DNA from: an uncultured Gemmatimonadales bacterium
GTDB lineage: Bacteria > Gemmatimonadota > Gemmatimonadetes > Longimicrobiales > RSA9
Assembly: GCA_963708135.1 (NCBI GenBank)
Contig: OY970192.1
Coordinates: 5,280,001-5,344,000 of the forward strand
Direction of reading: 5' to 3'
DNA length: 64,000 bases
In this document: positions 1 to 10,300 of the stretch, in pieces
Numbering within the stretch: the first letter of the stretch is position 1
Layout of the letters: every line of letters begins with the position of its first letter
Program-made: the position numbers and the translations under genes
The notes under the pieces: generated by a model
The model's database searches: none
What the model was told of the DNA's origin: nothing
What the model saw: only the letters and a program-made list of their open reading frames with translations

Positions 1-172
1 CGATCCGCGCCGCCGGCTCCGCCGTGGCCAGCGCCGCCCGCACCGCCCCCTCCAGCCCCGCCCACGCGGCCGGCTCCATGATGTCCGCGTACTCGGCGTA
101 TGCGGCGAGGGTGAGGTCGCGCACGGCGTCCAGATCCGCCGCCGTCGCATCCCGGATGCGCAGCTCGCTCAT
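1..172 (-). CDS. GNAT-family N-acetyltransferase, N-terminal part (runs off window start)
   Basis: Manual translation from ATG at 172: MSELRIRDATAADLDAVRDLTLAAYAEY..., a typical GNAT N-terminus. Not in the ORF track because it is truncated. Confidence 0.65.
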   Translation of the reverse strand, partial: MSELRIRDATAADLDAVRDLTLAAYAEYADIMEPAAWAGLEGAVRAALATAEPAARI

Positions 173-253
173 GGCGTCTTCATGCCGGATCCGGCATGGC
201 CGTTCTGCCCCCGCAGCGAGCCCCTCACGTGCGACGATCCGTCACGCGCGCCC

Positions 254-1207
254 TCACACCGGCCCCAGCCGGTCGCGGTCGTGCGGCGCGCTCCAGTCCG
301 TGAGCGGACCGAGCGGCACGATCCCCGTCGGGTCGAGGTGCTCGTGCGTCAGGTAGTAGTGCCGCTTGATGTGGTCGAAGTCCGTGGTATCGCCGAAGCC
401 CGGACGCTGGTAGAGGTCGCGCGCGTAGCCCCACAGGGCGGGGTAGTCCACCAGCCGGCGCAGGTTGCACTTGAAGTGGCCGAAGTACACGGCGTCGAAG
501 CGGACCAGGGTCGTGAACAGCCGGATGTCCGCCTCCGTGAGCCGTTCGCCCGCCAGGTAGCGGCGCTCCGCGAGCCGCGCCTCCAGGGCGTCCAGCCGGG
601 TGAAGAGGCGGCGGACCGCCGCGTCGTAGGCGGCCTGCGTCGTCGCGAACCCGGCGCGGTAGACGCCGTTGTTCACGTCGCTGTAGACGTCGGCGTTCAC
701 GGTGTCGATCTCCGCCCGCAGCGCCTCGGGGTACAGGTCCGGCGCGCCCGCGCGGTGGAAGGCGCGGAAGGCCGTCTCGAGGTCAATGGTGATGTAGGGG
801 AAGTCGTTGGTGACCAGCCGGCGCGTGACACGGTCCCAGAGGCAGGGCACCGTGTAGCGCCGGGTGTAGCCGGGATCCGTCCGCAGGTACGCCTCGGAAA
901 GGAAGCGGAAGCCCCCAATGGGGTCCGGGCCGTGCCCTGGCCCCTCGCGGAACGCCCAGCCCCGCTCATCGCGCACGGGGTCCACGACCGACATCGAGAC
1001 CACGTCCTCCAGCCCGAGCAGCCGGCGCACGATGATGGAGCGGTGCGCCCACGGGCACGCCAGCGAGACATAGAGGTGGTAGCGGCCCGGCTCCGCCGGA
1101 AAGGGGGAGGAGCCGTCGGCCGTGATCCGGCCGCGGATCGTGTACTCCTGCCGGACGAACTCGCCGCCCGGGCCGGCCTCGGCCGGGAACTGCGCGGTCG
1201 CGCCCAT
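254..1207 (-). CDS. yqjG: Glutathionyl-hydroquinone reductase (omega/Xi-class GST, YqjG/ECM4-like)
   Basis: RYHLYVSLACPWAHR, TVPCLWD, NNGVYRAGFATTQ and TTLVRFDAVYFGHFKCN motifs. Start moved to the ATG at 1207, which follows a GGAGGTGG RBS. Confidence 0.9.
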   Translation of the reverse strand: MGATAQFPAEAGPGGEFVRQEYTIRGRITADGSSPFPAEPGRYHLYVSLACPWAHRSIIVRRLLGLEDVVSMSVVDPVRDERGWAFREGPGHGPDPIGGFRFLSEAYLRTDPGYTRRYTVPCLWDRVTRRLVTNDFPYITIDLETAFRAFHRAGAPDLYPEALRAEIDTVNADVYSDVNNGVYRAGFATTQAAYDAAVRRLFTRLDALEARLAERRYLAGERLTEADIRLFTTLVRFDAVYFGHFKCNLRRLVDYPALWGYARDLYQRPGFGDTTDFDHIKRHYYLTHEHLDPTGIVPLGPLTDWSAPHDRDRLGPV

Positions 1208-1385
1208 CGTCTGCCACCTCCCGTCGGGATCCTCGCGCTCGGGACCGCATTCTACCATGCGACGCCGCCGCGGGTCCATGCGTCCGGCCCGCACGCCTCG
1301 CGCCCGCCCCCGCGCGCGATTTGCCGCCAACGCTTACCTTGCAGCGCACCGCCGGAACGCTCCCGCACACGCACCGAGGCACCGC

Positions 1386-3128
1386 ATGCGCATCCCCTCG
1401 ATCGCCGCGACGGCGCTCCTCGCCGCGCTCGCCGCCGCCGTGCCCGCCGGCGCCCAGACCCGCGGCGCCGCGCCTGCCGACACCGCGCGTCCCGTCATCA
1501 CGAAAGCGACGCTGCGCGCCGCGCTCGACCTGGTCGGCCTCCGCTACACGGACGCCCAGCTCGACCTGCTGCTCGCCCGGCACGGCCGCGCCGGCAGCGA
1601 CTTCGGCGGCCGTGGCGACCGCCGCGGCGACTACGCCGCGATCCGCCGCGCCCTCGACGCCGTTCCGGTGGCCGACTCCGTGCCGCCCGCCCTCTTCTTC
1701 GAGCCGCTCCCGCCGGCCGTGCCGATCCCCGACCGGCCGCCCCGCTTCGCGGCCCTGCCGGCGGACGTCCAGCGCCCGGCAAACCTCGAGGACGTGGCCT
1801 TCTGGCCGATCCCGAGGCTGGCCGCGCTGCTCCGCTCGAAGCAGGTGACGTCGGTCGAGCTGACGCGCATGTTCCTGGCGCGGCTGCACCGCTACGACCC
1901 CGACCTCCACGCCGTCGTCACCTTCACCGAGAGCCTCGCCCTCGCCCAGGCCCGCGAGGCCGACCGCGACTTCGCCGCCGGCCGCGACCGCGGGCCGCTC
2001 CAGGGGATCCCGTTCGGCGCCAAGGACCTCTACGCCGTCCCCGGCTACCCGACCACCTGGGGCGCGAGGCCGTACGAGCACCAGGTGATCGATCGGACCG
2101 CCACGGCGGTGAGGAAGCTGGAGGAGGCCGGCGGCGTGCTCGTCGCCAAGCTCTCCTCAGGCGCGCTCGCCCTCGATGACATCTGGTTCCGTGGCCAGAC
2201 GCTGAATCCGTGGAACCTGAAGGAGGGATCCGGCGGCTCCTCGGCCGGCCCGGGCGCCGCCGTGTCGGCCGGGCTCGTGCCCTACGCGCTCGGCACCGAG
2301 ACCTGGGGCTCCATCGTCGAGCCGTCCACGAAGACCGCCGTGGCCGGGCTGCGCCCGAGCTTCGGCCGCGTGAGCCGCGCCGGCGTCATGGCGCTCTCCT
2401 GGTCCATGGACAAGGCCGGCCCGCTCTGCCGCACGGCCGCCGACTGCGCCCTCGTGTTCGACGCCATCCGCGGCGCCGACCCCGCCGACCCGACCACCCG
2501 CGACGCGCCGTTCCCCTACGTCGCCGGCGCCTCGATGGACGGCAGGCGGATCGGCTACATCGAGGCGGAGCTCCAGGGCGACCGCCCCAATGTCGCGCTC
2601 GCCCGCGCCGTCGTGGACACGCTCCGCCGCCTCGGCGCCACGCTGGTGCCGATCGCGCTGCCCGCCGAGCCCGTGCGCTCCCTCTCCTTCCTGCTGAACG
2701 CGGAGGCCGCCGCCGCCTTCGACGCCCTCACGCGCTCGCACCGCGACACGCTGCTCGTCCGCCAGCCGGACCCGAACGGCTGGGCCAACACGTTCCGCTC
2801 CGCCCGCTTCATCCCCGCCGTCGAGTACATCCAGGCCAACCGCGTCCGGCGGCTGGTGCAGGAGGACATGAGACGGACGCTGAAGGGGCTCGACGCCTAC
2901 GTCGCGCTGCCCTACGCCGAGAACCTGCTGCTGACCAACCTGACCGGGCAGCCGTGCACGGTCGTGCCCGACGGGAAGCTGCCGAACGGCGACTTCACCA
3001 GCATCACCTTCTGCGCCCGCATGGACGACGAGGCGGACGCCCTCGAGGCGGCCGCCGCCTACCAGGCCGCCACCTCCTGGGACGAGCTGCACCCGCCGCG
3101 GTTCGGCGGGCACGCGGCCGGCCGGTAA
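1386..3128 (+). CDS. Secreted amidase (amidase-signature family)
   Basis: Signal peptide MRIPSIAATALLAALAAAVPAGA. AS-family motifs GIPFGAKDL, GSGGSSAGPGAAV and GTETWGSI. Confidence 0.88.
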   Translation: MRIPSIAATALLAALAAAVPAGAQTRGAAPADTARPVITKATLRAALDLVGLRYTDAQLDLLLARHGRAGSDFGGRGDRRGDYAAIRRALDAVPVADSVPPALFFEPLPPAVPIPDRPPRFAALPADVQRPANLEDVAFWPIPRLAALLRSKQVTSVELTRMFLARLHRYDPDLHAVVTFTESLALAQAREADRDFAAGRDRGPLQGIPFGAKDLYAVPGYPTTWGARPYEHQVIDRTATAVRKLEEAGGVLVAKLSSGALALDDIWFRGQTLNPWNLKEGSGGSSAGPGAAVSAGLVPYALGTETWGSIVEPSTKTAVAGLRPSFGRVSRAGVMALSWSMDKAGPLCRTAADCALVFDAIRGADPADPTTRDAPFPYVAGASMDGRRIGYIEAELQGDRPNVALARAVVDTLRRLGATLVPIALPAEPVRSLSFLLNAEAAAAFDALTRSHRDTLLVRQPDPNGWANTFRSARFIPAVEYIQANRVRRLVQEDMRRTLKGLDAYVALPYAENLLLTNLTGQPCTVVPDGKLPNGDFTSITFCARMDDEADALEAAAAYQAATSWDELHPPRFGGHAAGR

Positions 3129-3218
3129 GTGGACCGTATCCGGAGCGAGGTGAGCACCGAGCCGTCTCCAGTCACGACAGTGGAGGGAACGCCGATGAGC
3201 GGCACGGTGGAGGAGTAG

Positions 3219-4178
3219 GTGTCCGGAGGGCGGCAGTCCGGCTGGGAACTCGCCCGCGAGGCGCTGGGCGTGCTCGCGCACGAGCGCGGCGCCCGCGACC
3301 TGCGCGCGGCAATCGGCCGGCTCCGCTTCCTCGGCGCCGGCATCTGGAGCGCGGTCTACTCCGCCACGATCACGCTGCCCGACGGCCGTGAGGAGCGCCT
3401 CGTCGTGAAGCTGCCGGAGCGCGAGGCCGGGCCGGAGCGTGACGAGCTGATCGCCCGCGAGGCAGCCGTGCTGCGCGTCCTGGAGCCGCTCGAGCTGCCG
3501 TTCCGCGTCCCCCGCGCCATTACCGAGCTGCCGGCCGTGGGCGGGCTCGTCGCCATCCAGTCCTGGCTGCCCGGGATGCCGCTCGACCTGCGCGCCGAGC
3601 GCGCCGCCGGCGAGCGGCCGTGGGACATCGTCGCCCGCGTCGCCGCGACGGTGCATGCCCTCGAGGCGGAGCCGTTCCGCCGCGCCCTGGCCGGCCGCGC
3701 CACCCGCCGGGAGCACGCGCTCGACCACGCCCGGATCCTGGACGGCCTGAGCGGTCCCGAAGGCGAGGAGGCGCGCGCCTGGGTCCACGCGCACCTCCCA
3801 CCGCCGGAGCCCTCCACCCTCCTGCACGGCGATCTGCTCGGCCAGAACATCCTCGTCCCGCTCGACGGCGAGCCGCTCGGCGTCATCGACTGGGCCGAGG
3901 CGACGCTCGGCGATCCCGCCTACGACCTCGCCAACGTGACCCGCGGCGCCCGCCGCCCCTTCGGCCGCGAGGACGGGCTCGCCCGGCTGCTCGAGGCGTA
4001 CGGTCGCCTCGCGCCGCGACCGCTCTCCGAGGCGGCCGTCCGCCTGCACGAGGTCCTGCTCCGCGCCGGCCTCTACCTCGACACCGTCGAGGAGCTCGGC
4101 CCCGGCAGCGAGCGCGCGGCGGACGAGCGGCGGGGACTCCGCTCGATGCTCGCGCGCGCCGCCCACCACGACCCCTGA
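3219..4178 (+). CDS. Aminoglycoside phosphotransferase / choline kinase-like protein
   Basis: HGDLLGQN (Brenner motif), GVIDWAEA and GDPAYDLA. GGAGGAG RBS before the GTG start. Confidence 0.8.
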   Translation: MSGGRQSGWELAREALGVLAHERGARDLRAAIGRLRFLGAGIWSAVYSATITLPDGREERLVVKLPEREAGPERDELIAREAAVLRVLEPLELPFRVPRAITELPAVGGLVAIQSWLPGMPLDLRAERAAGERPWDIVARVAATVHALEAEPFRRALAGRATRREHALDHARILDGLSGPEGEEARAWVHAHLPPPEPSTLLHGDLLGQNILVPLDGEPLGVIDWAEATLGDPAYDLANVTRGARRPFGREDGLARLLEAYGRLAPRPLSEAAVRLHEVLLRAGLYLDTVEELGPGSERAADERRGLRSMLARAAHHDP

Positions 4179-4194
4179 CCGCCGGAGGCCGGAC

Positions 4195-4656
4195 ATGGCC
4201 GCACAGGACCCCGACACGGAGCTCATGGCGCTCGCCTACCAGCAGGCGCTGAAATCCTACCGGGAGGGTGGGCTGCCGATCGGCGCGGTGATGGTCGAGG
4301 ATGGGCGCGTCATCGCCGCCGGCCACAACCGCCGCGTGCAGGACGGCGATCCGACCGCCCACGGCGAGATGGCCTGCCTCCGGAACGCCGGCCGCCGCGC
4401 CCGCTACGGCGAGGTGACCCTCTACACCACGCTCTCGCCGTGCATGATGTGCGCGGGCACCGTCGTCCAGTTCGGGATCCCGCGTGTCGTGGTGGGAGAG
4501 AACCGCAGCTTCCCCGGCAATCTCGAGTTCCTGCGCGACCACGGCGTCGCCGTCCGCCTGCTCGAGGACGCCCGCTGCCAGGAGCTCATGGCCCGCTTCA
4601 TCCGCGAGCGGCCCGAGCTGTGGGACGAAGACATCGCCGGGAGGGAGCGGGTCTGA
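4195..4656 (+). CDS. Zinc-dependent nucleoside/cytosine deaminase
   Basis: HGE...SPCMMC zinc motif, plus PIGAV, GHNRRVQ and WDEDI as in yeast-type cytosine deaminases. Confidence 0.88.
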   Translation: MAAQDPDTELMALAYQQALKSYREGGLPIGAVMVEDGRVIAAGHNRRVQDGDPTAHGEMACLRNAGRRARYGEVTLYTTLSPCMMCAGTVVQFGIPRVVVGENRSFPGNLEFLRDHGVAVRLLEDARCQELMARFIRERPELWDEDIAGRERV

Positions 4657-4736
4657 GAGGCCGAGGCCCGCGTGGGGGGGGCGCCGCGTTGGAGATGCGC
4701 CCGTCCACGGGTCGGGTGTACCCCCGCGCCGGCCGC

Positions 4737-5366
4737 TCAACCCCCGCCGTGCACCGCCACGTACTCGCGCAGCCCCGTCCGCAGCGTGAAGCCGCGCACG
4801 ACCCGGAACGGGGAGAGCACCGCCGTGACATCCGCCGGCAGGATGCGCGGCCGCGGCAGCCGCCCCGTGCCCCCCGGTTCGTAGCGGATCCGGTCCACGT
4901 CCAGCAGCGTGAAGCGAAGCGGGACCGCCTCGGAGTCCTCGCCGTGGACCACCACGTGCAGCCGGGCGTCCGGCCCGGTGAGCTCGACCAGTGACTCGAC
5001 CAGGCGCGGCCGGTCCTCCGGAAAGAGCCGGTCCAGCACGTCCCAGCCGAAGATGAGGTCGTAGGGCCGCTCCGGCTGCCGCGGCACCATCCGCAGGAGC
5101 CCCAGGGCCGAGCCCTCGGCCCGCGCCCAGCCACCGTCGCCGAGCAGGTCCGCGAACCGGATCCACCGGGCGAAGCGGCTGTAGACGCGCAGGCTCCGGT
5201 CGGACGCCCGGCCCAGGTCCAGCACGGCGTGGCTCCGGTCCTCGCTCACGCCATCCAGCAACGCGGCAATGCCCGGCGCGGCCCCCTCGACCCCCTCCGG
5301 CGCCGCTTCCTCGGGCCCGGGGCCGGCCGGCGCCGGAGGACGCCCGACCCGGCGCAACCAGTCCAC
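4737..5366 (-). CDS. Hypothetical protein with class I SAM-methyltransferase-like fold
   Basis: VLDLGRAS and YDLIFGWDVLDRL segments. GTG start 10 nt after the bactofilin stop. Confidence 0.55.
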   Translation of the reverse strand: MDWLRRVGRPPAPAGPGPEEAAPEGVEGAAPGIAALLDGVSEDRSHAVLDLGRASDRSLRVYSRFARWIRFADLLGDGGWARAEGSALGLLRMVPRQPERPYDLIFGWDVLDRLFPEDRPRLVESLVELTGPDARLHVVVHGEDSEAVPLRFTLLDVDRIRYEPGGTGRLPRPRILPADVTAVLSPFRVVRGFTLRTGLREYVAVHGGG

Positions 5367-5376
5367 GGGCCCGTTC

Positions 5377-5955
5377 CTAGGACGTGGCCTTCGACGTCTG
5401 GCCCGCGCCCTCCGTCTTCTCGCTCGAGCCGTGCCCGCCCGACGAGCCGGTCGTCGCCGTCCGGGACTCCCCTCCCGCACCGCTCCGGCCGCTCTCGGCG
5501 CCGCGGCCCGCCGCCGCCGCCGCACCGCCGGCCGGCCGCTTGGCCGTCTCGCCCATGTCCACCCCGCCCCGGAAGCGCGCGCCGTCCTCCAGCACCACCC
5601 GCGGCGCCGCGATGTCCCCCTGCACCACCGCCGAGCTCCGCAGCATCACCTGCTCCGCCCCCGTCAGGTTCCCCTCCACGGTCCCCTCCACGGTGATCAC
5701 CCGGCCAATGATGTTCGCTTTCACCTGTCCCTCGCGCCCCACGGTCACGGAGTGCTGCTTCAGGTCCACCGACCCGTCCACCCGCCCCTGGATCAGCAGG
5801 TCCTCGTCCCCCGTCACCTCACCCCGGATCGTGATCGACGTCCCGATCGTCGCCCGCTCTCCCGACCCCCGCGGCGTTGCGGTTCGCTCGGGCCGCGGCG
5901 TCGCCTCCGGGCGCGCGGGCGGGGTGCCTTCCGGCGCTGCGTCCTTCTTCCACAT
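5377..5955 (-). CDS. Bactofilin (polymer-forming cytoskeletal protein)
   Basis: ATIGTSITIRGEVTGDEDLLIQGRVDG...VVQGDIAAPRVVLEDGARFRGGVDM beta-helix. Start MWKK at 5955. Confidence 0.9.
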   Translation of the reverse strand: MWKKDAAPEGTPPARPEATPRPERTATPRGSGERATIGTSITIRGEVTGDEDLLIQGRVDGSVDLKQHSVTVGREGQVKANIIGRVITVEGTVEGNLTGAEQVMLRSSAVVQGDIAAPRVVLEDGARFRGGVDMGETAKRPAGGAAAAAGRGAESGRSGAGGESRTATTGSSGGHGSSEKTEGAGQTSKATS

Positions 5956-6244
5956 GAGCGTTTCTCCTTCCATGAGCTCCACTGTCGCCATCCATGGCCT
6001 GGGCCGCCCCGTCGAGAGGACGGGCCACCCGAATCGGCAGCCCGTCTGCCCCATCCGCCAGAGCCGATCCCTCAGACGCCCGCGCGGTCGCGCAACTGGA
6101 CCGATCGGGGTGAGGCCGATCACCGGCGCCGAGCCGGGGCCTGACCCCCTAAGCTCGCGCATGGTGCCGGCGCGGTCAAACGCTGGTCGTCATCCGAAGC
6201 ATCCGAGCCGGCCCCCGCCGCCCCGCGCCGCCGCCACGTCGCCG

Positions 6245-7222
6245 TCAGCGCTGATTCCGGACGGTGGCGGAGCGCCAGGCCACGCCGAGTTGACGGGTGA
6301 GGTCGAGGTAGGTCGAGCCGTACTCGAGCGACGGCTCGATCTCCGTGCCCTCGTGCCACTCGTTCCAGCTCGTGACGCTGACCCAGTCCGCGCCCGCGGC
6401 GCCGGCGAACATGCGGCGCAGCACGTCGCCGCTGTCGCGCGGGAGGAGCCGCCCCGGCTGGCGGATGACGCGGTCGTCGTAGCCGGGCAGCGCGGCCCCC
6501 ACGTAGATCCGGCCCGCGGCGTGGTGGGCGGAGATCTCCGCCGGCTCGGCGGCCAGGTAGCCGTCCACGTCCTGCACCGGCCCGTACGAGAAGACGCCGT
6601 CGAACGGCGCCGCCTGCGCGGGATCCCGGGTGTCGGCGATGGTGAACGCGCCGGTTCCCTCGAAGGCCCGCCTGAAGTCGTCCGGTGTGAAGCGGTTCAT
6701 GATGCGGGCGTAGACGAAGAGGACCGGGCGGCCGTTCACCCGCAGCCATGCCGGGCTGGTCGCGCGCGTGGCCAGCAGTGTGTGGATGTCCTCGCGCAGC
6801 TCGTCGGCGGTGAACGGACTCTCCAGGATGATGCTGACCTTGAATCCCTCCTGCTCGGCCACGGCCAGCAGCACCTCGAGCGAGCGGTCCTCGAAGGAGC
6901 CCGGCCCCCACCACGAGGACACGAACGCGTCGATCCCGGCCGCCTTCGCCCACGCGATGTGCTGGCGCACGACCGCGCTGTCGTTCGAGTCGTAGAGCCC
7001 CAGCACGGGGGTGTCGGTGGCGTCGTGACGGGGGGCGTCCGGGTTCCAGTGGTACCACATTCCCGACGGCCCGTCCGCGCGGCCCCACCACGGATAGTAG
7101 AAGGCGAGGACCAGGTGCGGCACGGCGGGCGGCTGGCCCGGCCTCGCCATGTCCGCCCGGCAGCCGAGCGCGAGAAGGGCGAGAGCGAGGCCGGCACGGA
7201 AAGCTTGACGAGACGGCAGCAT
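6245..7222 (-). CDS. Glycoside hydrolase family 99-like (endo-alpha-mannosidase-type) lipoprotein
   Basis: AFYYPWW, PVLGLYDS, SSWWG and TSWNEWHEGTEIEP (GH99 ExxE motif). Lipobox LALGC. Confidence 0.8.
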   Translation of the reverse strand: MLPSRQAFRAGLALALLALGCRADMARPGQPPAVPHLVLAFYYPWWGRADGPSGMWYHWNPDAPRHDATDTPVLGLYDSNDSAVVRQHIAWAKAAGIDAFVSSWWGPGSFEDRSLEVLLAVAEQEGFKVSIILESPFTADELREDIHTLLATRATSPAWLRVNGRPVLFVYARIMNRFTPDDFRRAFEGTGAFTIADTRDPAQAAPFDGVFSYGPVQDVDGYLAAEPAEISAHHAAGRIYVGAALPGYDDRVIRQPGRLLPRDSGDVLRRMFAGAAGADWVSVTSWNEWHEGTEIEPSLEYGSTYLDLTRQLGVAWRSATVRNQR

Positions 7223-7341
7223 GGCGGCTCACGGACAGCGGTTCGCTACGGGCCGGGGCACCGCCCCGGTGCGCCACGAAGCCGCCGGCGCGCCTGCCGG
7301 TTCGCGCCCCGCCGGCGGTCAGGCCCGCCGCCCCCGCCCCC

Positions 7342-10300
7342 TCACCTCTCCCGGGAGCGCGCCAGCGCCTTGAAGTACTCCTCCACGAGCTTGCGGAACC
7401 GCTCGGGCACCTCGCTGCCGCCCGACAGCATCACGTGCTCGCGCTCGCCCTGGATGTCGCGCCGGAGGCCGAACTCCAGCCGCTCGAGCCCGTCCACGAC
7501 GCCCTGTCGGAGCTGCGCGAGCGCTGCCGGGTCGCGGTACGGCTCGTCCGTCCCCAGCCGGCGCATCCGCTCGATCACCCGGTCCAGCCCGGCGACGTCC
7601 CGGCCCTCGGCCGCCATCTCCCGCCGCAGCGCCTCCGCGTCCGACACCCGCTCGCGTGCCTCCCGCTGGAACTGCCGGATCTCGCCCGGCGCGAAGCCGC
7701 CGGGCCGCCCGTCGGCGCCGCCCCCGCCGGGGGAGAAGCCGCCGCTGGCGGAATCCGCCCCCGCCCGGCCATCCCGCCCGGCGGCCGCCCCGCCGGCCTG
7801 CCCCTGCCGCCCCTGGCCGCCCCGGCCGGACTGTGCCGTGCCGGCCTGACCGCCTGCCTGGCCCGGCTGGCCGCGCGCCCCGTCCTGCCCGGCGGCCGGC
7901 TGCCCGCTCTGCCCGTTCGGCTGCCCCTGCCGCCCCGGCTCCAGCCGCCGCTCCCCTTCCGGCGCCGTGCCCTCCGCCCGCTGCCGCAGCCGTTCGCCGA
8001 GCGACGCCATTCCCTGCGCCAGCTCCTGCGCGTGCTCCAGCGTCTGCTCGGCCTTTCGCGCCCCCGCATCCGCCCGCGCCGCGGCGCCCGCCGCCTCCGC
8101 CACCCGCGTTCGCAGCGAGTCGAGGTCGGCGCTGATGTCGCCCTCGAGGCGCTCGCCGTACTCGCCGCCGCCGCCGCGCTGCACGAGCGCCCGCGAGAGC
8201 TTGATCTTGTCCTCCGTGCGGCGCTCCCGGATCCGGTTGGCGGCGTCGCGCAGCTTCTCCGCCGCGGCCGTGTCCCTGGCCTCCGCGTCGGCAGCCAGCC
8301 GGTCGAGCCGGCCCTCCAGGTCGCGTACTCCCGCGGCGAGGCGGTCCTTCCGCTCCGCCAGGCGACGCGCCTGCTCCGCGTCCGCCGCCCCCCGCCCGTT
8401 CAGCCCGCGCACGTCCCCGGCGATGCGGTGCTGCTCCGCCGCCAGCTCCTCCGCCTTCCGCCTCGCCTCGTCCGCGGCCTGCCCCAGCCGGTCGCCGCGC
8501 TCGCGCTGGAGCAGCCGGCGGGCCTCGTCGATCCGGTCACCGGCCGAGCGCGCGCCCGCACCCGACGGGTCGGCGGCGGCGCGGCGGATCGCGTCGGCCG
8601 CGTCGCGGAGCCGGCGGGCGCTCTCCTCGAGGTTGGCGTTCCGCTGCGGATTCTCGCGCGCGAGCCGCTCGAGCTTGTGCGCCTCCTGCTCGAGCTGGTC
8701 GGCCAGCTCCTTCTGCGACTGCGCGCCGCCGCCTCCGCCGCCCGGCTGCCCGCGCGCGAGCCTGCGCTGCCGCTCCGCGGCCTGCTGCTCGCGCCGCGCG
8801 AGCTCCTTCAGCCGCTCGAGCGTCTGGTCGAGCTCGCTCGAGGTCCGCTCGTCCTGCCCGCGCTGCACCGTCTCGTACTGGTCGCGCAGCCGGTCCATCT
8901 CGAGGTCGAAGAGGTCCGCCAGGTCCTCCGCCTCCGGGCTCTGCCCCTCGCCGCCGTTGGAGGCGCCCATGCTGACCTGCACGTCGTGGTAGACCGCCTC
9001 CGCCCGCTGGAGCTGCTGGAGCGCCTTCTGCTCCGGCGCGAGCGCATCGCGGTCCTTCTCCCCTCGCAGCAGGTCCTCCGCCTCCTTCATCGACGTCGCC
9101 GCCGCGGGCAGCAGCTTCGCGATCTCGCCGAACGCCGAGTCCATCCGCACCACGCCGCGCTCCTTCATGCGACGCGCGAGCGTCTCCACCTGCGCGCGCA
9201 CCCGCCCCTGCGCGAGCGCGATCGTCGTGCGGTGCTGGCCCGCCTCCTTCGTGCCCAGTGTCGGCCTGTCGCGCAGCAGGTTGAACGTCGCGGCGATGAC
9301 CTGCTTCTGCCGCTCCGAGAGCGAGCCCTCGTCCTCCTGCCCGCCGCCGCCCGGCATGCCGCGCTGCTCGGCCGCGCGGTACTCCTTCCGGAACGGGCGG
9401 ATCTGCACGAAGTAGATGTCGCTCGTGCCCGCCTTCCGCTTGCCGACGGCGTCGTTGTCGAGCGCGCGGGCGTAGTAGCTGATCACGTCGCCCGGCTGCA
9501 GCCCCAGCTCCTCGAGGTAGAGCGTATGGCCGGCGGAGACGGTCCTGAGCGGCTTCGACCCGCCCGTGTAGAGGGCCACGCTCTTCTGCTCGCCGCCGTT
9601 CACGCTGTAGACCAGCTCCAGGCGGCCGATGCCGTAGTCGTCCTCCGCGCGCGGCTGGAGGAACACCTCCTCGACCGGCGTCGCCCGCGTGTCGCGGCCC
9701 GGCTTCTCGAAGGAGACCGACGGCGCCCGGTCGTCGAGCACCGTGATCGTGTATTGCGGCGAGCCGACTACCGGCCTGCCGTCCGGGCCGCGCAGCTCGA
9801 TGCGGTAGATCCCGTCGCGGTCCACGGGCAGCGTCCCGGTGAGCGTGCCGTCCGGAGCGGCCCCGAGCGGGAAGGCGCGCCCGTCGCCGAGCACGATCCG
9901 GCCGGCCGGCGTCGGGCGGGTGGTCCAGACGCGGAGCCGCGTGCGCGTGCCCCGCAGCGCCGCCACGTCGCCTGCATCCTCGACCGTCCGCGGCGCGAGG
10001 CCGGTGTAGGCCGGGTAGTGGTACTCGAGCTCCAGCCGCCGCGTGTACGGCAGGTCCGCGACCTCGATCCTGAAGAGCGGCGAGCGTACGCCCGCCGCCT
10101 CGACGTAGTAGTCCGTGGCGCCGTCGAGGGCGAAGAGGACCGCCTCGGGCTGGCTGCCGCCCTCGGGCACCGTCATGGGGACGCGGTCGAAGCCTTCCCC
10201 CCCCTTCGAGCGCAGGACCAGCGAGACCTGGCCGCTCGTGAAGCCCGAGAGCGCGGCGCTCACGGTCACGTCCGCGCCCCGCGGGACCGTCGCGTTGCCG

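Noticed and set aside
1386..3128. Calling the amidase gatA
   Set aside because: It has a signal peptide, and gatB/gatC are not adjacent.
3219..4178. Bona fide aminoglycoside resistance gene
   Set aside because: Only the general APH/choline-kinase fold motifs are visible; the substrate is unknown.
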